A stretch of 64,000 nt of DNA from Candidatus Methanoperedenaceae archaeon GB37 (GTDB lineage: Archaea > Halobacteriota > Methanosarcinia > Methanosarcinales > EX4572-44), in NCBI GenBank assembly GCA_905171695.1, contig LR991653.1, positions 1,658,150 to 1,722,149 on the forward strand. The letters are read 5' to 3'. Shown piece after piece: positions 50,244-58,410 of this stretch (positions are counted from its first letter, which is position 1; each line of letters begins with the position of its first letter). The position numbers were made by a program, and so were the translations under genes. A model generated the notes under the pieces. It worked only from the letters and a program-made list of their open reading frames with translations. It did no database searches and was not told the DNA's origin.

Positions 50244-50653
50244 GTAATCTCTCTTTCTCCGATATAATCATAAAATTTGTGTTTAAATGCTTCAAAATCT
50301 TTTATTGTCTCGATAGCCGCTTCGTATAAAAACTGCTTATCTTTGCAGTAGATAATTTTTCCCTTCAAAACTTCCACTCGTACATAAATGGGGAGTTGCT
50401 GAAAGATTTGAACGTCAAAAGTATCATCAAAGAGCTCTGAAAGAACTTTGAACCTGAATTTTGATGATTCATCTGGGCTGCCATCATGGTATATACAGAG
50501 GTCTATGTCTGAACCCCCGGTCATCTGCCCCTCTGCTGCTGATCCATAGAGAATGATGAATTTTACCTTTTCAAATCCCTCTACATTCTTAATTTTCTCA
50601 ATTGTCTTCTCTATTTTTGTCTTCGTTATCGTGGTCCCTGCATCCATCTCTTT
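50240..50653 (-). CDS. MNT-type nucleotidyltransferase antitoxin
   Basis: ILYGSAAEGQMTGGSDIDL nucleotidyltransferase motif. ATG at 50653 within tracked ORF 50240..50668. Confidence 0.8.
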   Translation of the reverse strand, partial: KEMDAGTTITKTKIEKTIEKIKNVEGFEKVKFIILYGSAAEGQMTGGSDIDLCIYHDGSPDESSKFRFKVLSELFDDTFDVQIFQQLPIYVRVEVLKGKIIYCKDKQFLYEAAIETIKDFEAFKHKFYDYIGEREIT

Positions 50654-50664
50654 CATCGCCCCTC

Positions 50665-50817
50665 TCACCTATTTGCAATATATCCCATAAACACCCTCGT
50701 CGACTTAATCATCCCCTTCAACTCATGTAACCCCCTCCCTAGAATATCCCTCATCGCTACCGGTATATATGAAGGACTCAAATGATATTCTTTCAACCTC
50801 CGATCCACATAATTCAT
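50665..50817 (-). pseudogene. 3'-end fragment C of a B12-radical-SAM paralogue
   Basis: YIPVAMRDILGRGLHELKGMIKSTRVFMGYIANR aligns with the C-terminus YVPLAVRQVLRRHSLDEMKRLWHSARMFMGYIGGRGE of 52487..53947. Confidence 0.5.
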
Positions 50818-50821
50818 CCAA

Positions 50822-51124
50822 TTACTCCTTTCGTTCTTCTTCAAATGAGAAGAGCATGAGTTTATATATCTCCTCTCTGTGTCCAAAAGCAACCAGTATC
50901 ACCTCGCTTTCGTTCTCATCCACCATATAAATAAGTCTATATTTCCCCTTTATTCTGAGAGATCTGTAATGAGAGAGTCGGTATTTCAGCGGTTTTCCGG
51001 AATACGGTACATCCTGTAGTTTCTTCACTTTCTTCGCTAACTCTTCCATCAATGCTTTGTCTTTCTTCTTCACCCTCTCAATCTGTTTCTTGAAGATTCT
51101 GGTGTACTTCAGACCGTATACCAC
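50822..51124 (-). CDS. RelE/ParE-family toxin
   Basis: 100 aa with GKPLKYRLSHYRSLRIKGKYRLIYMVDENESEVILVAFGHREEIY. Confidence 0.75.
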   Translation of the reverse strand: MVYGLKYTRIFKKQIERVKKKDKALMEELAKKVKKLQDVPYSGKPLKYRLSHYRSLRIKGKYRLIYMVDENESEVILVAFGHREEIYKLMLFSFEEERKE

Positions 51125-51128
51125 AAGA

Positions 51129-51353
51129 TCACTCCAGAAACAAATTATTTAAATCCTCTTCCGATTTGATTACGAAAGTATTCCCTTCTCTAATATCTTT
51201 CTCACTTTCCTTTATCTGTTCCATCAAATCCTTATCGCTTAAGATCTCTATGGTCTCCATCAAAGATTCCATTTCCCCAATCAGGCTTTCAAAGTCCTCT
51301 TTGCGTAGCACTATGTTTCCCTTGACTTCTTTTATTCTCACAACACTTACCAT
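51129..51353 (-). CDS. putative antitoxin of the adjacent RelE/ParE gene
   Basis: 74 aa and acidic, 4 nt upstream of the toxin. Paralogue of 56384..56605 (EILSDKDLMEQIKESEKDIREG). Confidence 0.5.
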   Translation of the reverse strand: MVSVVRIKEVKGNIVLRKEDFESLIGEMESLMETIEILSDKDLMEQIKESEKDIREGNTFVIKSEEDLNNLFLE

Positions 51354-51419
51354 TGTATCACCTCTACTTTATGGAAGATTGAATGGATACTATGTCTTGC
51401 TGTACATATCATAAAGTTG

Positions 51420-51668
51420 TCACCCCCTCCGCCTCATATACCCCATGAACATCCTCGCCGAATGCCATAGCCTCTTCATCTCGTCCAGGCTATGCCGCCT
51501 CAAAACCTGCCTCACAGCAAGTGGAACATATCCCAGGGACATACAACACCCCTCAAGCACCCAACCAGCCAGTTCAGTCATCTCTTCAACCGTTAGCCGC
51601 GAATAAGAGGTTACAGCCTTCTGATGCACCTGTTCAACCATTGGTTGAATGCTTTCTGACAGATACAT
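51420..51668 (-). pseudogene. 3'-end fragment B of the B12-radical-SAM gene
   Basis: The last 82 codons of a paralogue. 51436-51535 is 100/100 identical to 52506-52605 of the intact gene. Confidence 0.85.
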
Positions 51669-52139
51669 TTACAGTTCCACCCTCGATAATAAGCGGTTAT
51701 CCGCGGTTTCAATATCCTTTATAATCTTCAAAACTTCTTCTTTTGTTGCAATGTTTTTTACTATTAGTCCTTTAAAAATAACTCCTGCTGTGATGATATT
51801 CACTCCAAGCTCCTTTGCTGTTGAGATGGCTCTTTTATCAAAAGACGAGAATGAATGCTCTCTTCTCAAACAAACAACGATGCTTTCTGTCTCGCCCTTT
51901 TCAATTTCAGCGTGTTCACCTCTGAGTTTCAAATATTCTCTTTGCTCGTCATCTGAAACAGTCACCAGTTCTGTCTTTTCAAAGATCTCCCTGGGGTATT
52001 CGTGGCCGTGTTCTAAAGGAGTTAAGAGTTCTTCGTAAACTCTTGGAGTTATCCCGACCACCCCAAAAAGCTTTATCAACATGTCAAAGTGACCTGCCTT
52101 GGCGAATGCACTGGCAATATCGGTATCAATTATGATCAT
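51669..52139 (-). CDS. PIN-like (DUF3368) toxin
   Basis: 156 aa with N-terminal IIIDTD acidic motif. Immediately follows the UPF0175 gene. Confidence 0.75.
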   Translation of the reverse strand: MIIIDTDIASAFAKAGHFDMLIKLFGVVGITPRVYEELLTPLEHGHEYPREIFEKTELVTVSDDEQREYLKLRGEHAEIEKGETESIVVCLRREHSFSSFDKRAISTAKELGVNIITAGVIFKGLIVKNIATKEEVLKIIKDIETADNRLLSRVEL

Positions 52140-52427
52140 TCAAATCAGGCTCAATCCCCTCTCAATTTCATCTTTTGAGCCTATATAACTGCTCACTTTC
52201 AATCCTCTCGCTTTCAAGATCTCCTTAAAGCTTTCCAGATCCATGCCTGAAATCTCCGCCGCTCTCAAAAGTGATACTTCCTCTCGCAGATAAAGCTCCA
52301 TCGCCATTTCCACCTTCAACTCAGGTTTCAAATTCAAAAGTGCTCTAAATGCATCCTCAATGAGACTGTTCACATTTTTGTAACATCTTGGCACCAAAAC
52401 TTTTGAGAGGTTCTCTGTCGGATACAT
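52140..52427 (-). CDS. UPF0175-family antitoxin
   Basis: 95 aa. Paralogue of 49271..49564. Confidence 0.75.
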   Translation of the reverse strand: MYPTENLSKVLVPRCYKNVNSLIEDAFRALLNLKPELKVEMAMELYLREEVSLLRAAEISGMDLESFKEILKARGLKVSSYIGSKDEIERGLSLI

Positions 52428-52486
52428 ATTCTATTTTCTCCTTTATTATCCTATAAATATATTCACTAATTTGTTATGAAATATTT

Positions 52487-53947
52487 TCATTCCCCTCTCC
52501 CTCCTATATACCCCATGAACATCCTCGCCGAATGCCATAGCCTCTTCATCTCGTCCAGGCTATGCCGCCTCAAAACCTGCCTCACAGCAAGTGGAACATA
52601 TCCCAATGACATATAATAATCCTTCAACATCTTATCCACCTCTTTCACCATCTCCTCTGAAGACAGGTTCGGATAAGAGATAATCGCCTTCTGATGCCCC
52701 TCTTCATCTAAATACTCATTCGGGTCGTCCGTGAGCAAATACCCATTTTCTCTGCACCATTCGTAAAGTTCTGTTCCGGGAAATGGAGACGAAACAGAAA
52801 CTTGGACCTGCTCAGGCTTTATCTCTTTTATAAATCTCCTCGTCTTCTCTATCGTCTCCTTAGTCTCCCCAGGCAAGCCTATTATAAAATCCGCATGTAA
52901 CAGCAGTCCGGCTTTTTTGACATTTCTTGCAAATTCCTCTGTCTGCCCGGTTGTAAAACCCTTCTTTATCTTTTTAAGTATTTCGTCGTCTCCCGATTCA
53001 AAACCGACAATCAGAAATCGACAGTTTGCCCGTCTCATCTCCTCCATCGTTTCAAGATCGAGAGTATCTGCCCTCGCATTGCACGACCAGGTTATCTCCA
53101 AACCTGTCTCTCTATAACCCTTGCAAAACTCAAGAACCCTTCTCTTATCTATCGTGAGGGTATCATCCTCAAAGAAGACCTCTTTCACCTCTGGCAGATT
53201 CGCCTCGATCCATTCAAGCTCATTCAGGATGTTTTCAACTCTCCTGACCCTGTACTTTCGTCCCATGAAGGACTGGGGCCACGAGCAAAAGGTGCATCTG
53301 TGAGGACATCCTCTTCCTGTAAAGACCTGGACCATTGGATAGAGCGAATAGTTAAGGAAATAATCGCGAATATTCAGGTGCCTTTTGTACACCTCAGACA
53401 CAAACGGCAGTCCGTCCAGTTCACCTGACGTAGACCATGGTCTGTTTGGATTGTGAATAACCTTGCCATTCTGTTTGAATGATATTCCGGAAATATCACC
53501 AATGCGTCCATTCCTTTCCATTCTCTCTGCCAGTTCAGCCAGAGTAAAATCATATTCATATCTCGCAACTATGTCCACGCCACCGTCCAGCATTTTTTCC
53601 GGGAATTGGGATGTTGGCGGACCCACCATAATAACCGGCACATCAGCATCAAGTTCGTTTTTTATTTTTTTGGACACGTCCAGATCGTTGTTCACACTTG
53701 TGAAACTTGTTCCAACAACCACCATATCCGGACTAAATTTTCTTAAATCCTCCATGACTTTCTCGATGCCCCAATCCCATGCAGGTGCATCGACAAGCCT
53801 GACATCATGCCCCTTATTTTCAAGTACCCCTGTAGCATAAGATAACCAGATTGGGTAGTAGAGTGTGCCGCCTCTTCCCGTATCCTGCCATCTCATCTCC
53901 CTGCCAAAGTGAGGAAAGTACGGCGGGTTTAAGAGGTAAATTCTCAT
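52487..53947 (-). CDS. B12-binding-domain radical SAM enzyme (class B)
   Basis: 486 aa. N-terminal cobalamin-binding-like domain, GRGCPHRCTFCSWP (CX3CX2C). Confidence 0.85.
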   Translation of the reverse strand: MRIYLLNPPYFPHFGREMRWQDTGRGGTLYYPIWLSYATGVLENKGHDVRLVDAPAWDWGIEKVMEDLRKFSPDMVVVGTSFTSVNNDLDVSKKIKNELDADVPVIMVGPPTSQFPEKMLDGGVDIVARYEYDFTLAELAERMERNGRIGDISGISFKQNGKVIHNPNRPWSTSGELDGLPFVSEVYKRHLNIRDYFLNYSLYPMVQVFTGRGCPHRCTFCSWPQSFMGRKYRVRRVENILNELEWIEANLPEVKEVFFEDDTLTIDKRRVLEFCKGYRETGLEITWSCNARADTLDLETMEEMRRANCRFLIVGFESGDDEILKKIKKGFTTGQTEEFARNVKKAGLLLHADFIIGLPGETKETIEKTRRFIKEIKPEQVQVSVSSPFPGTELYEWCRENGYLLTDDPNEYLDEEGHQKAIISYPNLSSEEMVKEVDKMLKDYYMSLGYVPLAVRQVLRRHSLDEMKRLWHSARMFMGYIGGRGE

Positions 53948-54924
53948 ACGTTAACCTCCTTCACGGGCTTAAACACTCCCCTTATAAAACCGAGCCCCCA
54001 TCCCCAGAACCAGATTGCGATGAGTGCGTAGTATCTCAAAAAATCTCTCATGCCCGTTTTAGAGCCAAGATACAAACTCATTGCGCCGATCCCTATTCCG
54101 CCAATGATCAATATCGAGAGTGCCCCCCATAGGTACACCATATTCGATAGTGAGAGGATGGATAAAAAAAATATTGCGGATATGATCAGAGACGGCGTGT
54201 AATGAAACCATCTCCCCATATCTCTATGCAGCTTTATTGCCTGCATCCGCCCAATTCCATAATTCCATGCCATCTTCATGAATCTTCCCCAGGTTGGTCT
54301 CCTGTAGTGATAAACAACAGCATCCGGCGTATATAAAATTCTGTATCCATTTTCTCTTATCCGATAGTCCAGTTCCTCATCATCTACGGTAACAAGGCTG
54401 TGATTGAATCCTCCTACCTCCTCCAATACGCTTTTTCTATACATCACATTACAGGTAGGGTTATGGTATATCTCTCTGACTTCTTCCTCACAAAATCCAT
54501 ACCTTGCCCCGGGTTTGCTCAAAAAAGATAATATCACACCCACGCATTTTGCGAATGCGCTGTCATCTTCAGGTGTTATATTCGGACCACCCACTGCTGC
54601 AACATCATCCTTGAAATGCTTTATAAGCTCTTTAATCCAGCCTCTATCAACCACGCAGTCAGCGTCCGTAAACGCTATAAATTTGCCTTTTGCCTGCCTC
54701 ACACCAATCTCTCTTGCATAGCTTATTGTTCCTTTATCTTCAAAGATTACTTTACATCCATATTTTTCAGCAATCCCCACCGTATCATCCGCAGAATGTC
54801 CATCCACAATTATCACTTCCAGCCTATCTTCTGGACATTCCAGATTCTGAATAGAAAATAGACATTTTTCGAGTATACCACCGTTGTTTTTTGTTGGGAT
54901 AACAATGGAAATAATATCGTTCAT
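53944..54924 (-). CDS. glycosyltransferase family 2 with C-terminal membrane segments
   Basis: MNDIISIVIPTKNN...IIVDGHSADDT...FTDADC. ATG at 54924 preferred within tracked ORF 53944..54945. Confidence 0.85.
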   Translation of the reverse strand: MNDIISIVIPTKNNGGILEKCLFSIQNLECPEDRLEVIIVDGHSADDTVGIAEKYGCKVIFEDKGTISYAREIGVRQAKGKFIAFTDADCVVDRGWIKELIKHFKDDVAAVGGPNITPEDDSAFAKCVGVILSFLSKPGARYGFCEEEVREIYHNPTCNVMYRKSVLEEVGGFNHSLVTVDDEELDYRIRENGYRILYTPDAVVYHYRRPTWGRFMKMAWNYGIGRMQAIKLHRDMGRWFHYTPSLIISAIFFLSILSLSNMVYLWGALSILIIGGIGIGAMSLYLGSKTGMRDFLRYYALIAIWFWGWGLGFIRGVFKPVKEVNV

Positions 54925-54925
54925 G

Positions 54926-55078
54926 TCACCTATCTCTCTCACCATCCCACCATTTCAACCCGTACCAGTGAACCTCGTGCCCCCGTTCAGCGAGTCGCTT
55001 CGAGATCTCATAGATTCGCTTCTCTGCACCGCTTTTTATCCATGGATAGACGGCATCGTAGATGTATGCGAGTTTCAT
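54926..55078 (-). pseudogene. GT4 glycosyltransferase 5'-end fragment 1 (50 codons)
   Basis: [50 protein letters not shown] then stop. 132/139 nt identical to fragment 2 by manual alignment. Confidence 0.7.
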
Positions 55079-55092
55079 CTTTTGCTCAACTC

Positions 55093-55364
55093 TTATTGTT
55101 TATATGCTTCATCATGGTGTGCAAACTCCAGAAGGATCACCCTGTGCTCTTCTTCATCTATTCTGTAAAATTAAGCACAAAATGCCCGATATGAACCCTC
55201 CTTTTACCTTTAAGCAATCCACGAAGAGGTTTGCCGAGGTACGGATTCTCTGCGATTTGAGCCATTTTCTTCTGCACTGCTGCGTACAACTTTTTGTTTC
55301 TTTTTGCCAATCTCTTTAACCTGGAAACCAGCTCTTCGTCAATATCCTGGCTGTAACTATTCAT
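55093..55364 (-). pseudogene. RelE/ParE-family toxin with frameshift
   Basis: ORF 55158..55364 ends ...VHIGHFVLNFTE. The conserved tail [24 protein letters not shown] continues in the +1 frame to 55093. Confidence 0.65.
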
Positions 55365-55620
55365 CTTTCAAGCTCTCTAAAAACTCATTTAGCTCCTTTG
55401 CATCTTTGAAAGACCTGGTTTTCCCTTCTTTCACTCTTTTCTCCGCCTCTTTCACACGTTCTATAAATTCATCCGTGAACATCTCTTCCGGCGGGTAGAA
55501 CTGTTCTTCAAGCGTATCTATGATACCCCTCACTATTTTGTATCTTATCCTTTCCTCTATTATCGGAGCAAGCTTATCCACAAGTTCTTCTTCATCAATC
55601 CCGCCCATCTTTTTCACCAT
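55357..55620 (-). CDS. putative antitoxin of the frameshifted RelE gene
   Basis: 87 aa and acidic. Overlaps the toxin start by 8 nt. Confidence 0.4.
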   Translation of the reverse strand: MVKKMGGIDEEELVDKLAPIIEERIRYKIVRGIIDTLEEQFYPPEEMFTDEFIERVKEAEKRVKEGKTRSFKDAKELNEFLESLKDE

Positions 55621-55643
55621 TACTAAGCTTTACTTTTTTCATC

Positions 55644-55979
55644 TTATAAATCTTCATGCATCCATGCAGAAAAACATGAAAACTCCTGAGAATCTATGAT
55701 ATCAAAATCCCCCCTGAGTCCAGTCAGCGTCTTGAATCCGAAATACAAACCTTCTCCTATAGATCTTTTCCCATCAACATAGAGATTATTCCACTTTCCA
55801 ATTCCGTGAAGATGAACACCATCCATCATGATGTCTCGTTCACCATCCCACCACTTCAACCCGTACCAGTGAGCCTCGTGCCCCCGTTCAGCGAGTCGCT
55901 TCGAGATCTCATAAATTCGCTTCTCTGCACCTCCTTTTATCCATGGGTAGATGGCATCGTAGATGTATGCGAGTTTCAT
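55644..55979 (-). pseudogene. GT4 glycosyltransferase 5'-end fragment 2 (111 codons)
   Basis: [54 protein letters not shown]... This is a GT4 N-terminal domain only. Confidence 0.8.
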
Positions 55980-56131
55980 GTTATCTTATCTTTTCTATCT
56001 CACTATATTTTTTAAGTGATTCCTCATTTTATTCCACCCTGACATGCTCAAATATAAATCCATCAACACCATCTATTGCCACTATAACCACTCCTTCTCC
56101 CTCATTCAGATCACCCACTTACCATCGCACA

Positions 56132-56380
56132 TCACCTGTAAACGTCGTTCCTGTACTCAAATGCATACGCCCTTATCACATCCCCATCGATCGCATAGAG
56201 ACGTCTGTACTTTCCGATTCTTATCGATCTGAATCCCTTGAGCGAGTATCTGAGTGGTTTTCCAGTGTCCGGATCTTTCAACAGATTTTTAAGCTCTTTT
56301 CTAACTCTGTCTAGCACAGTTTCATCCTTTATTTTCTTTATCTGATTTTTAAACTTCTCAGAGAGTTCTATTTGAGGCAT
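56132..56380 (-). CDS. RelE/ParE-family toxin
   Basis: 82 aa with GKPLRYSLKGFRSIRIGKYRRLYAIDGDVIRAYAFEYRNDVY. Confidence 0.75.
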   Translation of the reverse strand: MPQIELSEKFKNQIKKIKDETVLDRVRKELKNLLKDPDTGKPLRYSLKGFRSIRIGKYRRLYAIDGDVIRAYAFEYRNDVYR

Positions 56381-56383
56381 GAT

Positions 56384-56605
56384 TCATTCTTTCTCTAAAT
56401 CATTGAAGAAATCATCGATATCCTTCTCTGTTTTGAGTGTGTAATACCTCCCCTCTTTAAAATCTCTCGCACTCTCTTCTATATCTCTTATGAGGTCTTC
56501 GTCACTCAGGATCTCGAGCTCCTCCACCAGGTCTCCGATCTCCTCCTGGATCTGTGTGAGTCTTGTTATTATGCCTCTTGCAATCGGGGATTCAACCATC
56601 TGCAT
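56384..56605 (-). CDS. putative antitoxin of the adjacent RelE/ParE gene
   Basis: 73 aa and acidic, 3 nt upstream of the toxin. Paralogue of 51129..51353. Confidence 0.5.
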   Translation of the reverse strand: MQMVESPIARGIITRLTQIQEEIGDLVEELEILSDEDLIRDIEESARDFKEGRYYTLKTEKDIDDFFNDLEKE

Positions 56606-56705
56606 CTTCTTGACCTCCTCACTTTCTTTATCTTTATTTAAGTATTAAAAGATTGCCTTGAGATTTTACAAAATCTTCTTGATCTTCTTTATATCGGCAA
56701 CCAGC

Positions 56706-56879
56706 TCAACTCTCTCCTTTTTCCATCTCCTCTGCTATGGATATTATTTCCTCAAGTTCTCCATCACTCACTTCTTCCTCTGGGATAAGCGCATACCCTA
56801 TCACAGATACTTCCTTTCTCAACTCCTTTAGCTCCTCATAGACCTTTTCCATGGACACACCCATATAATAATCACTCAT
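56706..56879 (-). CDS. small acidic ORF (57 aa), orphan antitoxin-like
   Basis: Not in the track because it is under 60 aa. MSDYYMGVSMEKVYEELKELRKEVSVIGYALIPEEEVSDGELEEII..., with no partner toxin. Confidence 0.2.
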   Translation of the reverse strand: MSDYYMGVSMEKVYEELKELRKEVSVIGYALIPEEEVSDGELEEIISIAEEMEKGES

Positions 56880-56933
56880 TTTATATTTTTACTTCAATCA
56901 TGTATTAATAATTGCGTCTTATCGACCTCCTCT

Positions 56934-57005
56934 CATCAACATAGAGATCGTCCCATTCTCCGATCCCCCGCACAATATCCCGTTCACCATCCCACCACTT
57001 CGACC
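56934..57005 (-). pseudogene. GT4 glycosyltransferase internal fragment 3
   Basis: CATCAACATAGAGAT...GTTCACCATCCCACCACTTCGACC is collinear with 55782-55863 of fragment 2 and has an internal deletion. The 5' end is missing. Confidence 0.4.
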
Positions 57006-57081
57006 TGCTTTCGGTGGCGATAGATCTCTTCCAGACCTTTGATCTGGATTTGAGTAAGCAACGAGAGAGAGTTTGTGCAGC

Positions 57082-58182
57082 TTATTCTCCTGTTATAATA
57101 GCGAGGAAGAAGGAGTAGAATATGGTTTGAATTCCGATGAGTGCTGCTGTAAGTGCGACGATCGTTGTAAGAGAACTTCCTCCATACCATGGTATCTGAC
57201 CATCAAGGATCTCTATGATTGGCATGGTCCCGAGTGTGAGGAAGCCTGTGCCGGCAGCAGCAGATCTCTTGGGGTTGATGATCTTGAGCACGCGCTCTGT
57301 TATCCTGTTAATCTCGTGGTCTCTCTGCTGTGCGGCGTGAATATCTGCAAATATGCCGAGGGCAAAGAGCTGGTATCCAACGATTGTGAGGAGGCTTCCT
57401 GTGATGAATGTGAGGGTATTCTCTGGTGATCCTGTGAGCCAGGTTAAGAGCATGACGCTCAAGCCTGATAGGAAGAGGGTGATGCCCGGCAGGGTGAAGA
57501 GGTACTCTGGACTTGAGATCAGCATGAACTTGAGGTGTCTCCATCCATCACTGAAGGAAGAGAGGTTTGATTCTCCTCTCCGTGGATGATACGTAATCGG
57601 CACCTCTCGTATCCGCAGATCCTTTCTCACAGCTTCCACTATCATCTCTGAGGCAAACTCCATTCCCACTGTTCGTAGATTCATCTTCTCAAGTGCATCC
57701 TTTCGGAGTGCTCTGAATCCACTATGAGAGTCTGAAACTCCTGCTCTATAGAGGCAGTTCAGGACAAACGTGAGAAACGGATTTCCGATGTACCTGTGGA
57801 GCCAGGGCATTGCACCTTTTTTAATGGTTCCTTTGAGTCTGCTTCCCATGACCATGTCGGCTTCTCCCTTTCTCAAAGGCTCAAGCAACCTTGGTATGTC
57901 GTAGAAGTCATAGGTGTTATCGGCGTCACCGATGATTATGTAGTCACCGCTTGCGTGTTTAAATCCGTAACGATAGGCGTAACCATAACCTACTTTATCC
58001 GGGGTTACGACCTTTGCTCCGTATGATCTTGCAATCACAGGTGTTTGATCGGTTGAGCTGTCAGAGACAATGATCTCTCCATCGATCTTGTTCTCTTTGA
58101 ATACGTTTTGGATTTTTTCAAGGCATATTCCTATGGTTTTTTCTTCGTTTTTTGTTGGTATTATAACTGAGATTTCAGTCAT
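57082..58182 (-). CDS. GT2 dolichyl-phosphate hexose synthase-like glycosyltransferase with C-terminal TM domain
   Basis: 366 aa with ISVIIPTKNEEKTI...IIVSDSSTD...IIGDADNTYD and four C-terminal hydrophobic segments. Confidence 0.85.
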   Translation of the reverse strand: MTEISVIIPTKNEEKTIGICLEKIQNVFKENKIDGEIIVSDSSTDQTPVIARSYGAKVVTPDKVGYGYAYRYGFKHASGDYIIIGDADNTYDFYDIPRLLEPLRKGEADMVMGSRLKGTIKKGAMPWLHRYIGNPFLTFVLNCLYRAGVSDSHSGFRALRKDALEKMNLRTVGMEFASEMIVEAVRKDLRIREVPITYHPRRGESNLSSFSDGWRHLKFMLISSPEYLFTLPGITLFLSGLSVMLLTWLTGSPENTLTFITGSLLTIVGYQLFALGIFADIHAAQQRDHEINRITERVLKIINPKRSAAAGTGFLTLGTMPIIEILDGQIPWYGGSSLTTIVALTAALIGIQTIFYSFFLAIITGE

Positions 58183-58410
58183 ATTGTTTCACACCTCTTA
58201 TTTCCTCTCTGAGATCATTAAGTGGTGCACCTCAAATAGATTTTCGGATGTGGATTTTATAGACTCGGTTTCTTATTTAATCCTTTCCACTTTCCACAGT
58301 TTTTTATGATGATTGTGATAATGATGACTGTGTTCTGTGGGTGGGGATGCGTGATCGAAGTGGTATACTCGAGGATAAAGATTAAGTCCTTAACCTGTGA
58401 GAAGAGTGTG

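Noticed and set aside
56020-56131. Additional RelE C-terminal scrap (..VVIVAIDGVDGFIFEHVRVE) downstream of the intact RelE gene.
   Set aside because: The similarity to the AIDGDVIRAYAFEYRNDVY tail is weak and only about 20 residues long. It is mentioned under toxin decay but not annotated.
58296-58345. C/D-box sRNA suggested by ATGATGA and AATGATGA boxes upstream of the GTPase gene.
   Set aside because: There are no CUGA D/D' boxes at the required spacing and no terminal stem. The same applies to the ATGATGA occurrences near 125 and 26990.
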